Assembly (NCBI GenBank): GCA_000004985.1
Contig: GG738905.1
DNA: 64,000 nucleotides
DNA from: Naegleria gruberi
Lineage: Eukaryota
Reading direction: 5' to 3' (one strand)
Program-made: the position numbers and the translations under genes
Notes under the pieces: model-generated
Seen by the model: only the letters and a program-made list of their open reading frames with translations
Told to the model about the DNA's origin: nothing
Databases searched by the model: none
Part shown: positions 22,601 to 33,944 of the stretch, piece by piece
Layout of the letters: each line of letters starts with the position of its first letter
How positions within the stretch are numbered: the first letter of the stretch is position 1

Positions 22601-23705
22601 ATGGCAAATAAAACTGTAGTTAAGAGATCCGTACCTGCACAATTACGGAGAGTCAAGTACTTGTTGTCTAATCACAAATCATTAATGGATCGCTTTAAAA
22701 CAGAGTTGACTAATCACAACTTCCTTCACATAAAAACAAAAAAAATGTCTAGAGCTTTCTCTCGTTTTGATTCTATCAAATTCACTGTTGTTAGAGGTGA
22801 AAAACTAATGGTTGGTGATTCGAATGGACTTAGTGACCCATACGTTTTAATTATTGATCAATCAACAAAGCAAACTCTTCACAAAACGGTTGTCGATAGA
22901 AAAACTTTAAATCCAAGATGGAATTCAACATTTTGGAAACGTTACACTGAAGAAACACCAAAGAATCTCAAGTTAAAGATTGAAGTTTATGATTGGGATG
23001 ATGACAAGGATGATGTAAGTTATTATGATATATCTTCTTGGTCAATTAAACAACATATAGGATTTCCTTGGTTGGTTTGAAATTGAACTTGATCCAAACG
23101 TATTGAATCCAGATCAAACATATGAATCTTCACATCAATTAGAAGATGCTACAACTGGTAAAGTTTGGATCAATTACAAATGGGATACATCAGAAAGAAA
23201 GCCAAGTGCCAAGACATCAAGTACAGGAATTGGGTCAGATGGTTTCAAGGTCATTACAGAATTGAATTCAAGTTGTTTCATTCCTAAAGTTCCAAGCTCT
23301 TTTGTTCTTATTGGAACAGATGTTGATTCATTGAATCAAGATTACACAGTCACTTGTGTTGATTCCACAAATGGTAATACTCTCCTCTTTACCTTTACAA
23401 AACTCAAATCCAAAACATTTGAGAAGGCAAAGGAAGATCACTTATTCATCATGTTAAAGAGTTTGAAAGATAAATATCCAAACTTGAAGGCATTGAAGAG
23501 TGATGTTGCTGGATCCACATTTGGAGGAAAGGTCAACTCTTCAACCAAGAGTGTTTATGATGCTGGTAATAAGACAGTTATAACATCAATTTGTGCCAAT
23601 TTCAAGAACAAGGCATTCATCAATTTGGCTTTAATTTCAAAAGGAGAAGATTTGGCTGCCATGTTAGACGATGTAATGATCAAGACAACTTTGTTAGCTC
23701 TTTAA
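22601..23705 (+). CDS. C2-domain protein, 2 exons, about 353 aa
   Basis: Exons are 22601..23014 and 23061..23705, with a 46-nt intron (GTAAGT..ATATAG) at 23015..23060. C2 signature: GLSDPYVLIIDQ...LNPRWNSTF...KLKIEVYDWDDDKDD|DFLGWFEIEL. Confidence 0.6.
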
Positions 23706-23807
23706 AAAATTTGTAATTTATTAATGTACTTGTAACTGATATAAAATTGAACTAATTTGAACTAATTTTCCATTGTAACGTTTTGATTTTGGTAAAATTC
23801 AAGAGTT

Positions 23808-26501
23808 TTAAATAAACAATACGGATAAAATAGAAATGATTATTACATCTAAACTAAGGATGGCCATGAATGATGAATTAATTACAGAACCTCCACCAAC
23901 TACTTTCTTACTTTGGCTAGTGATTGGACAATTAGATGCCATTATTTGGTAGGATCCATAATAATCCAATCCTATTTCAATACCATTTGTTGTCTTTGAT
24001 ATCTTTGAAATTCCACCATTTCCAACAGTACTTCCAATAGAGTAGACCTTTGAATTAATACTCACACATGATGCACTTGAAATCTGTTGAAGAACTACAG
24101 TTCCCTTTGATTTTGGAGGAACTTCAACAGTAATAGAAAAGAGGTTATTAGAATTGGACCAATACACTGATAACTTTCCGTTTGGAGTTTGTACTGCTCC
24201 TTTAGCCCATGTTAATGAACCAGTTTGAGGTTTTACAACCCATTCAGAGTAACCAGTACTAGTAGGTCTGATTCCTAGAACGTATTTTGAAAGCAATGGA
24301 GAAACGCCACCACTCCAAGCATGAGCAAAACTGTTTGAGGCGCTTTGAGTGGCTCCAATTTCAATACTTTCCCAAAAAGCATTGGTAAAGTAAGGTCCCT
24401 CAACAGTCATTGGTGTCCAAACTGAATTAATAATATCAAATGCATGATCTTCTCTATTTGATTCAAATGCTGCTGCTGCATGGAAGTAAGAAATGTATGG
24501 AGAGGTAAAAGATGCTCCAGCATTCTTGAATGTTAAATAATTAGAGCCAGACTTCAATTGATCTTTCATAGTATCCAGTAATGTGCTGGAAAAGTTCTTT
24601 CCTCTCAAAGATGCAATGCCTGATAATATTGCGAATGCATTGGTATCCTGAGCTATGCCAGACTTTTGATCTGAAATAATGTAAGTACCCGAGTTTGTAT
24701 CAAACAACTTTTCATTAACTAGTTGTTTTGTAGAGTTAGCTCTTATTAAGTACGTTTCAGCCAAATTTGTTTCTCCAACTGCTTTTGCCAAAACTGAAGC
24801 AGATTCCATTGCCATAGCATATTGAATATTTAGTTTTGTAAATCTTCCCAAAAGCATTCCTAAACTTGGATAAAAGTCATAGGTCCAATTTGGATTAACA
24901 CCTTGCAACAAACCATCACTACCTTTAAGAGAATCGAAAGCATTAATGAGTAATTTCAATCTTGTCCATTGTTCCTTAACAAAAGATAAATCGCCAGAAT
25001 ATAGATAGTATTCCTCAATAGCTGATAACGAAGCTAAAAAGTATGTATAACTGTAAAATATTGGTGTTACAAAATCGTCAGATGGATCAATGGTTTGATA
25101 AGGGAAACCAGTACCAATTCTAGAAGAAACAAATCCACTTTTCAATTGATAGGATGTGCATATTCCAAGAGTTCCACTTGCATATTCATTAGCATAATAA
25201 GAATAGTATAATAATGGGCCTGCTACGAGTAAGTCACCACTCCAAACATTACGATCTCTCTTAGCACCATCCAGAATTACAGCTACAGGGTTGGTTCCAA
25301 CTCCAAAATCATGAGCTGATTGTTTTGATGTGAGAGGATCTTGATGAAGAATGCTACCACTGACATCAACTACTTTAAGATTCTTAATAAATGCACTTTG
25401 ATACTTTTTAGCAGAAAATCCAACTCCACCTGGAACAACTGATGGGATGTATGGATTAGTGGACTGAGGAAGATTAATATCAAATATCAAGGCACCATCT
25501 ATATAAACCTTAAATACAAGTTGATTAACAGAAGCAAATACATCATACCATTGATTTTCAACCAAGTTAGGAAGCGAAGTATTGTAATACAAGGTTTCAT
25601 AAGGGTAAAGCTCTTGTGCACTTATTACTTGAATCATATTTGGATTATGAGAACTATTTAGGCTATTTAAGGTGACTCTTGTTTCAGAATAGTCGTTTGA
25701 TCTAATAGCAAAAGAAATACCATTCTTCATAAATAGAGTAGAGAAGGATACATTATAATTAATCCATGACATTCCCTTTAAAAAGACACCTGCAGTACCT
25801 GGTGAAATATAAAGACCTTGATCAGTGCTAATAAACCCAGGTTGAACAGTTCTTGGTGGGACCATGTTCAATTGTAAAGTTCTTACCCCCATATTCCACA
25901 TCTTGTTGTAAACCTCATTAGAACAAGAGAAAGCACCATTAGATTGAGAAGGATCTCTGGTATAGATAGCTGATGTGAATGAAACAGAAGAGATGGTAAT
26001 AGAAGCTCCAACAGTAAGTAATTCAATTCTCTGATAACGTTGAGCTCCTTGGATACCATTTGTATCAAAATGGCCAGCTATTTCAATGGTATGGATATTT
26101 ACTCTGTCCAAATCAAAGGCACGAATCATTGGATTGAACAACATGTCGCCATCCTTAATATTTGGAAGACTTTCAGAATAGGATACTCTAATTTCTATTG
26201 GACTTTGAGAAATGGATGCAATGTCAAACATTGGAAAACCAGCAACATTTTGTCCATAATCCAAAACAATGGAAGCAAGATTACCAGACATGTCATTATT
26301 GAGAGTAAATGGAAACATTCCATCAGCACCTGCAACAGTAACACTACCATTCACAGATAAAACAGATTTTGGTTTTTGGACAAGTGGCAAATCAGCAATA
26401 CTGCTGTCACCATTCACAAACATTTCATTGAGGTTAACCCACAACGCAACCAAAACGCTTAATACCAAGCATAAAACAGCTCTACTAGTTGTAGTTGTCA
26501 T
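23808..26501 (-). CDS. secreted (alpha/alpha)6-barrel glycoside hydrolase, alpha-L-rhamnosidase (GH78)-like, 897 aa, intronless
   Basis: Signal peptide MTTTTSRAVLCLVLSVLVALWVNL. The motif KRDRNVWSGD resembles the GH78 catalytic-domain R(D/E)RxGWxGD box. Size and composition fit bacterial or fungal rhamnosidases. The family is not certain (GH78 versus a related six-hairpin glycosidase). Confidence 0.5.
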   Translation of the reverse strand: MTTTTSRAVLCLVLSVLVALWVNLNEMFVNGDSSIADLPLVQKPKSVLSVNGSVTVAGADGMFPFTLNNDMSGNLASIVLDYGQNVAGFPMFDIASISQSPIEIRVSYSESLPNIKDGDMLFNPMIRAFDLDRVNIHTIEIAGHFDTNGIQGAQRYQRIELLTVGASITISSVSFTSAIYTRDPSQSNGAFSCSNEVYNKMWNMGVRTLQLNMVPPRTVQPGFISTDQGLYISPGTAGVFLKGMSWINYNVSFSTLFMKNGISFAIRSNDYSETRVTLNSLNSSHNPNMIQVISAQELYPYETLYYNTSLPNLVENQWYDVFASVNQLVFKVYIDGALIFDINLPQSTNPYIPSVVPGGVGFSAKKYQSAFIKNLKVVDVSGSILHQDPLTSKQSAHDFGVGTNPVAVILDGAKRDRNVWSGDLLVAGPLLYYSYYANEYASGTLGICTSYQLKSGFVSSRIGTGFPYQTIDPSDDFVTPIFYSYTYFLASLSAIEEYYLYSGDLSFVKEQWTRLKLLINAFDSLKGSDGLLQGVNPNWTYDFYPSLGMLLGRFTKLNIQYAMAMESASVLAKAVGETNLAETYLIRANSTKQLVNEKLFDTNSGTYIISDQKSGIAQDTNAFAILSGIASLRGKNFSSTLLDTMKDQLKSGSNYLTFKNAGASFTSPYISYFHAAAAFESNREDHAFDIINSVWTPMTVEGPYFTNAFWESIEIGATQSASNSFAHAWSGGVSPLLSKYVLGIRPTSTGYSEWVVKPQTGSLTWAKGAVQTPNGKLSVYWSNSNNLFSITVEVPPKSKGTVVLQQISSASCVSINSKVYSIGSTVGNGGISKISKTTNGIEIGLDYYGSYQIMASNCPITSQSKKVVGGGSVINSSFMAILSLDVIIISILSVLFI

Positions 26502-26754
26502 GTTTTTTTCTAATTGATTTTCTCAACATTTCAGAAGAACTTATTCACTTAAATACTCGCCACTCTGCTTGAGCAAAACTTGCTTGGTTTTGTGCGTTGG
26601 AATACTAAAACCAAGTTCCATCTTCCCTGCGCTGAGTAGAAGGAAACTCAGCTTGGAGCGATATAGTTGATTGAATCAGAAATGTAACAAAATATTAGAT
26701 GCAAAAGGGATATGTTTTGATGCAAGGAAGTACAACACATGATTGAAATAAAAC

Positions 26755-28288
26755 ATGACAGATTCAAAAGAGTTCCACCCGATTGCTTGTAATTTTTGTA
26801 GACATCTACATAAACAATGGTAAGAATTTGATAATTATTATTTAAATTATTTAAATATGATGAAAAATTATTATAGTGGTAAGTTGTTGAAAGGAAACAT
26901 TTTTTAATAATAATTATGAAATAATAGGAAAACAATTACCGACATGTTCCAGATGTGCAACAAAAGGTATTACATGTGAATATAAAACACCAAAGAAGAG
27001 AAAGATTGCTTCGATATCATCAGCATCGGAATTGCCTGCAAAAGCAGTTTCAAAAGAAGTTGTGGAAAATAAGGATGTACCAGCTGATACAACAATTGTT
27101 TCTAGGTATTCAAAGCAATTTACAAAGAAACAAATAATTGATTTGTATTATGTGATGATTTGTGATCATTATATTATTGTTGAAAAAGAATTGTTGGAGA
27201 AGTACATCTTGAATGAGGAAATAACAGATCAGCAACCCTTAAAGAAGGAAATGAATGCCTTCTTTCATTCTATTCAAGCATTGTTGGAACAGAGATTTGG
27301 TTTTTGCGAAATTGCAGAAAAATCAGCCAAGAAATCAAGAGATTTACTATCAAAGATTTTTGATCAAGTTTCAAACTATTATGTTGCTTGCTGCTATTCA
27401 TCTCTTGGAATTTATGAAATAGGAACAGGAAGAGGAAAACTTGCAAAATTCTATATCAAAACAGCTAAATTTTACTTTGATGGGATTGAATTGGAAAAAC
27501 TTAATAATTCTGAACGTTTACTGCTCGAACTTATATCAGTAATGGAACTAATGATTGAGGATGATTTAGGCACGAACAAAATTCTAAAAGATTTCCCAAG
27601 TTACTTTTACATGGCAACCAGTACATCAGTTCCTCAACAATTTCTAGAAAAGATTCCACAACAAGTTGACTTATCAAATTTGGAGACGTATTTGGAAGTT
27701 ATTTGTCAAAGTCTCAAAGAATTTTTCATTTCTAAAGCAAAATCAACCAGATCACAATTTGACCTTATTTGGTATAGTGCTGGTTCTAATTATTATTTTG
27801 AAATAGTTCATTATGGACTGAAATTATTGTTTCTTATTCAAAATTGTCCAGAATATAGATCAGAAATTGAGCAAACTGCTTGTAAAATAACATTACTTTC
27901 AGATAGTGAATATTTTCCATTTACTACATTTGCTGCTATTCCTTATTTTACAATGGCTAGTAGAGTCCATGTACAAGTGGCCAAGGAAATTGAAAAGGGA
28001 TTGAGAAGCAATCTGTCTTATGATATTTATTCAATGATTACAAAGGATTACCGATCTCTGCATGTATTGAAATCACGTTATAAAAGAGTGAATGTTGTGG
28101 CTGGAAGTGTGATATTGGAAATGGAGGAAATATTGAAAAAAAGAGATATTGAACCAATCACCCAAGCAGAACACAACAGTGTATATTCTCCCCTTACTAA
28201 TTTCTTAGATATGTTGTTCAATCCAGACGATTCATTCAGCACTTCTATGATTTCCAGTTTAATGGACCCTTCACAAGATAAGATTTAA
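26755..28288 (+). CDS. Zn(II)2Cys6 binuclear-cluster transcription factor (candidate), 3 exons including a putative 2-nt micro-exon
   Basis: Exon 1 (26755..26819) encodes MTDSKEFHPIACNFCRHLHKQ plus TG. The downstream exon (26928..28288) encodes KQLPTCSRCATKGITCEYK.... Joining them through the 2 nt at 26882..26883 (flanked by TATAG| and |GTAAGT) gives C-x2-C-x6-C-x6-C-x2-C-x6-C exactly. A single-intron join instead gives W at the third Cys position. The C-terminal 400 aa has no family recognised. Confidence 0.5.
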
Positions 28289-28471
28289 CAAATCGGAGAG
28301 TTTAAGTTGCACAATAAACAAGGAAATTAAATGTACTACCACGACTAATTTAACATTTGTAGTATTCCTATCAAATTCAAGCAACACTTTAATCATTTCA
28401 CTATTTACAAAATCACTACAGTCAACCATCAATTCTTGTCAACTGATTGTTGCTTACCATTTTAATAGACT

Positions 28472-28479
28472 TGACGTCA
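28472..28479. promoter_or_regulatory. perfect palindromic CRE/ATF site TGACGTCA in the 940-bp region upstream of the Sec14-like gene
   Basis: Exact 8-mer palindrome. A second copy is at 12922..12929, just upstream of the MSSKVDE start of the 5-TM gene. Confidence 0.3.
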
Positions 28480-29226
28480 AGAGCACATTATTATAATTAG
28501 CAAGGACATTTCAATAAACTTTCCATTTGCACAAAATCGAAGCAACACCCAAAATCCATCTGCCTTCTTGTTATTCATGCAGTGCTTGTTTTGGTTGGGT
28601 AACATAACGGCTCACATGTCCCTTTTTGTAACACTTGAAAACACTCATTCTCAATTGAATAATAATATTTTCTGTTTTTAAGCATTCAATCATTACAATT
28701 AAATTGGGATTCTCTCTTTCCGAAGTCTCCATTCCAATAATAACACTGAGATGTTGTCTACCACATCAACAAACGTCGTACAGAGAATTGAATCGTAGTT
28801 GGAGGAGGTATTAATAGATAAAACTACAACACGATCGCACATGAACATTCTCATTTTTGCATTCATGCGCCCTTATCTGATGCTTCAGTTAATAATTAAT
28901 TGTGTGATGATGGAAGTACAGAGAGAATAGCCCATTAACGAGGTGAAGAAGGAGGAAGAATTGGAAATGATGCGCGCTCGCCATTTGCTCTTAATAAGTC
29001 TTGGTGATTTTTAATGGCGGACCGTTTCATTATTTGATTGTCAAAACCAAAAAAACAACTCAACAACACTACCCAACCAACCTGCAAACTGCATAGCGTG
29101 GTTATTATCCAACACACAAAAACCGAAAGGCATTAAACGTTCGATTTTGAAAAGATTTTCTGAACGTTCCCTCACTAATAATATAATTCGAATAGAGCCA
29201 GTTATTGAAAATATTCTTCAACAACA

Positions 29227-30288
29227 ATGAGTAGTACTCTTGATTTACAAACAACTAATACCACATCAACAATGCCACACAGTTACTCGGAATCTGAGAT
29301 TCAAAACTTGGGTGATGATGTTTCTATTGATAGTGAAGAATTCAATAATACCGTAGTTGCTATGGACCAATTAACACTTGGTTCCACACCACTAGACGGT
29401 CTTACTGATAAGCAATTGGAAATATTGAAGAAGTTTACCCAAATGTTTGAAGATGACCGTTCCAAACTGACCCAACTTCAACAATATTATTGTTTCCATG
29501 ATAGATTCTGTTTTGTCAGATATTTGAAAGCCAGAGATTGGGACATTCCAAATGCTACTAAATTATTGAAGAGTTCTCTTACTTGGATTGAATCCTCATA
29601 CAAGCCATTTAGTTTAACTGCTAAACAATTATGGTTAGAAGCATCACCTGCCAAGACTTATATCAAGGGTCATGATAAGGCTGGTCGTCCAATTATTTAT
29701 CTTCATGCCGGTAGAGATTTCACAAATGATCCTGCTACTGGTGTTAGTTTACTTGTTTATAATTTGATTGCTGCCAGTTATAGAATGGGTCCAAATGGTT
29801 CTCAAATGACTTGGATTTGTGATTTCAGTTCCTACACAACAAAGTCTGCTCCTCCATTGGCAGTTTGTAAACAAGCTGTTGAAATTTTATCTTCACACTT
29901 CCCTGAAAGACTTGGTTTGTGTTTGATGGTCTTTGCTCCTAAGGTTTTCTATTGGTTCTTCAAATTAATTTCTCCTCTCATTCCACCTGTCACTAAGCAA
30001 AAGATTCAATTCTGTAAGGGCACCAAACAAAAGGATATGAGAGCATTCTTTGAACCATTTGTGGATATGTCTCAACTTGAAAAGAAATATGGAGGTGATC
30101 AAGATTTCACATACAATCATAAGGAAATGTGGGCTCACGAAATTGAACATGATTTGAAGAGATTGCACAAAATTAAGGAAGCTGGTGGTATGAAACCAGA
30201 AGAAGCTGATGCTTTAATTAATGAACCAATTATTGACACTTTGGAAAAGCACAACAAGTTTTTCAAAGCCAGACATGCTTCCAAATAA
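29227..30288 (+). CDS. Sec14/CRAL-TRIO lipid-transfer protein (353 aa)
   Basis: CRAL-TRIO N-terminal helix region (FLKARDWDIPNATKLL). Lipid-binding core HDKAGRPIIYLHAGRDF...WICDFSSYT...HFPERLGLCLMVFAPKVFYWFFKLISPLI...KIQF. Intronless. Confidence 0.75.
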   Translation: MSSTLDLQTTNTTSTMPHSYSESEIQNLGDDVSIDSEEFNNTVVAMDQLTLGSTPLDGLTDKQLEILKKFTQMFEDDRSKLTQLQQYYCFHDRFCFVRYLKARDWDIPNATKLLKSSLTWIESSYKPFSLTAKQLWLEASPAKTYIKGHDKAGRPIIYLHAGRDFTNDPATGVSLLVYNLIAASYRMGPNGSQMTWICDFSSYTTKSAPPLAVCKQAVEILSSHFPERLGLCLMVFAPKVFYWFFKLISPLIPPVTKQKIQFCKGTKQKDMRAFFEPFVDMSQLEKKYGGDQDFTYNHKEMWAHEIEHDLKRLHKIKEAGGMKPEEADALINEPIIDTLEKHNKFFKARHASK

Positions 30289-30653
30289 GACGAGCTATCT
30301 AATAATTTAAACATCCATTCTCTTTCCTCCACTGTGAATAACACCTCCATCAACACACTAAAACAAAAATAAATTAATTTATTCGAATGTATTTGCTGTA
30401 GTATTTAATTTTCAAGAAATTCAACCTTTTGTTGGACTGCAACTGTCCTTAATGCCACCTAGTGATGAATAATGAACGGTATCAGTTGCAGATTTTTTAA
30501 ATACCACACCAAAACATGGAAAATTCACTCCCAAATTTCCAATCTTTATTTTTCAAATTTGGAATTTCCACACACAATTCAACATTCCTTTGAATTTAAT
30601 ACTTACACCTCAGCGTGTGAATAGAATTGAAGAATTGAAAAAAACACTAAGAG

Positions 30654-32621
30654 ATGGTCACCAAACATTACACTTCCATTAACCATGACAGTGCACCAGA
30701 TGATTTCACAACACAGCAACAAGCAGTATCATTCCACCACAACACAACTGTGAAATATCATACAGTAGTAACTCAGACAGAGAATCATAACAACCAAACA
30801 ATCAGCACAGCTAAAAAGACACCCACTCCGAAAGGTCCTCACACCTACAATTCATTTGTTGCCTATTGTTATTGTGTGAATTATATATTGGGAGTTGGAG
30901 TTTTGGGAATTCCTTATGCTTTTCAGAAAGGTGGTCTACTAATGGGTCCTATCTTTCTCTTAATAGTTACATTATTGGCTGGTATGGTTCTGGTTTGGAT
31001 TTTAGAAACATTGTGTAGATCTGTGCCATTCTTTAAGGAAAAAGAAGAACAAAAGAAGGATTACAAAATGTTGTCTGCTTCCTCTTCAGTTTCATTACCC
31101 ACAGTTGAATCGTCAGCTTCTGTAGATTCTAATATTAATGCTGTTGAAGAAGAGGAAACATCTACTACTCCTCCTGATGATAAAAAAGAAACTAAACAAG
31201 TTGACACTACTTCAATTGCAACAGAAGAAGGAACAAGGATTGAATTTCCATTCCCAGAAAAGAAGTATGAAATGAATGAATTGTGTGCACTCCTTCTTGG
31301 TTGGCCAGGTAAAATAATCTATGAAGGAGCTCTTGCATTATGTCTGTATGGTAATTTATGGGCCTTGTCAACTATATTTGCAGAGTCAATGTCATCAAAT
31401 GTTCCACTTCCAGTTGGACCTAATAATTACAATTGGTTTACTTGTAATGTTTACACAGATGGTTCATCAAATTGTGATGCATTGTACAAAATTTATATTG
31501 GAGTTTTTGCTTTATTTGTTATTCCAATGACTTGTTTGAATTTAACAGAACAAAAGATTGTTCGTAAGTAGAATTTCATGCTTTTTAGTTAACATTTTAC
31601 AATTTCAGAAATATTCTTGACAATATTTAGATATGTTGCTTTAACATTGATGGTTGTGACAACTTTGGTTTCCATATTTGTTGATCCTTATTCAAGATAT
31701 GAACATAATCCACATATTGCAATGGAAAGACATGGACCATATACTTCACCAACTAGCTTAGTTTCTGTGTTGGGATTTTCTACTCTATTACCTGTTTGCA
31801 TTTATGCTCAAATTTTACATCATTCAGTTCCTGGTTTGGTAAGTTGCAACAATTTTTGAAATATTTTACAATTGTTGTAAATGTAGTGTGAACCAGTGAG
31901 GAATAAGAAACATTTACCTAAAATTTTCACATCAACCTTCATTACCACATTCTTTATTTATTCATTATTGGGAATTGTGCTTAGTATTTATTATGGAGAT
32001 AACATTCAACCTGCTTGTTCATTGAATTATGTTTGGTACAGAGGTGGAAAACCATTTGGAATGAGACAACCATGGTGGAGTCATGTTATTATATGGACAA
32101 TAGCGTTATTCCCTGCTGTAGATGTTATTTCTGCATTTCCATTGGTAAGTTATTGTGATAATTTTACACATTCGAAACTATTCCCAATTTAGAATGGAAT
32201 TACTTTGGGAAATAATTTGTTTGCTGCCTTCTTCTCTGGAACCAAGTGGATCAACAATAGAAAGATCCAAATCTTGTTTAGATTAATTGTTGCCATTCCA
32301 CCATTGATCGGTGCCTTATTTGTAAAGAATCTTGACGCTAGTAAGTAGTTTGATTGATTAAAATTTAAAGTTTAATGAAATACAGTTTTGAAATATGTTG
32401 GATTATTGGGATTTTTAATAACATTTGTAATTCCTCCACTATTATACATTGTTGCAAAGAGAAAGATTTTTACTAAATATGGACAACAAGCATCTCCAAA
32501 AACTCCATACACAATTCCAATCATTAGCTCCATTCCAATGGCAATTATTTGTATTGTATTTGGTTTAATAGCTATAGTTTATTGCATTACAGAAAATATC
32601 ATTTCTGCAGTTTCTTCCTAA
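30654..32621 (+). CDS. amino acid transporter (AAAP / SLC38-AVT-like), 5 exons, about 594 aa
   Basis: Exons are 30654..31563, 31609..31838, 31887..32144, 32193..32340 and 32386..32621. The four introns are 45-48 nt (GTAAGT..TTTCAG, GTAAGT..ATGTAG, GTAAGT..ATTTAG, GTAAGT..ATACAG). Aa_trans signature NYILGVGVLGIPYAFQKGG and about 11 TM helices. Phases are consistent across all junctions. Confidence 0.7.
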
Positions 32622-32638
32622 CTTTCTAATAAAAAAAA

Positions 32639-33656
32639 CTAGAGATTTCTATGGAATGGAGTATCATAATAACCAGTAATATCAGGTCCCAAAGGAACGA
32701 TTCCAAATCCATTAATTCTTCTATGAGATCCAAAGTAGTGCTTTTTAGTTTGGTCAACATTAAAAGTTTGTGAAAGAATTCCACCATCCAATTGATAAAC
32801 TTCCTTCATGTAATTATAAATATTTGGATAACCATGTCTAAGAGATTTCAAATTACATTTAAAGTGAGTATAATAAACAATGTCAAATCTCAATAAAGTT
32901 GGTAATAATCTCAAATCAGCTTCTGTCACATGTTTGCTTCCCTTTACAATAAATCTTTGACTTGACAAGATATTTTCCAATTCATCCAAAGTTTTAAAAA
33001 GTGCATGGAAAGCTTCTTCATATGCTTGTTGTTTCTGAGCAAATCCACATTTATAAACTCCATCATTAATGTTAGGATAGACCCATTCATTGACTTTATC
33101 AATTTCACTTCTCAATTCTGATGGATATAAATCAAGTGATTGATTTCTTGTTGCAAGGGAATTAAATTGATCATTCATCATTCGAATAATTTCACTTGAT
33201 TCATTATTTACAATTAAATGTTGTTTCTTATCGTATAGAACTGGAACTGTAATTTTACCTTCGTAATTTGGATTAGATTGCAAGTAGATTTCTCTCAAGA
33301 ATTTGGCATCCAATCCAGAGATGGTGTCTTGATCACCTTCATGACCAAATCTCCAACCCTCTTTCGAATATTAAATAACTTTCGTGTATTTCAATTTACT
33401 TACCTTCTCCAAGAAAGTTATCAACAAAAACAACAGGAATAATCTTCTCTAATCCCTTCAATGTTCTAACAAGATCTGTTCTATGACACCAAGGACATGC
33501 GTAAGCTAAGATCAAAGCATATCTATCAGATTCTAATGGAAACTGTTCAGAACCAACAAATTCTCTAAATTTACTTGCAGTTCTAACGAATTTTCCATGA
33601 TCATTCTTAACCTCTGCATTGAAATCATAAATCTTGTGTGGTGAAGTGTTTGACAT
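32639..33656 (-). CDS. Xi-class glutathione transferase / glutathionyl-hydroquinone reductase (ECM4/YqjG-like), 2 exons
   Basis: Exons are 33404..33656 and 32639..33360, with a 43-nt intron (GTAAGT..CGAAAG) at 33361..33403. Diagnostic active-site box YACPWCHRTDLVRTLKGLE (the CPWxHR of GHR enzymes) and a downstream GWRFGHEGD stretch. Confidence 0.75.
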
Positions 33657-33944
33657 TTTTTCTTGTTTTTTGAATATTCAGCTTTGAATCTTTTCTTTGA
33701 TTTTTAAATAGGAAATTGAGCTGTTTTGGTGCGCACGCTTTTTGCGTAAGAATCCCAAGTGAAATTTAAGCATGTACTATTTACATAGTTAGTGCTTTTA
33801 TGAAGGTTTTGAATCGTTCTAACAATGTTGCAAATTCTTACAGAAACAACAATACAAGGGAATTCAAGCTTAGCAACAATTTCACGAATTTTATTAGTTT
33901 GCTGTTGTTTGGGAAGCACGTGTAGGTTTTCTTTACTCACAAAA

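Noticed and set aside
26955-27137. ORF MQQKVLHVNIKHQRRERLLRYHQ... overlapping the Zn2Cys6 gene
   Set aside because: It is the wrong frame of the same DNA. The Cys-rich frame (CSRCATKGITCEYK) continues into the long ORF and is the real one.
33704-33940. 78-aa minus-strand ORF filling the spacer between the MATE gene stop and the Xi-GST start
   Set aside because: It occupies essentially the whole GST promoter region, has no start context or homology, and is most likely non-coding.
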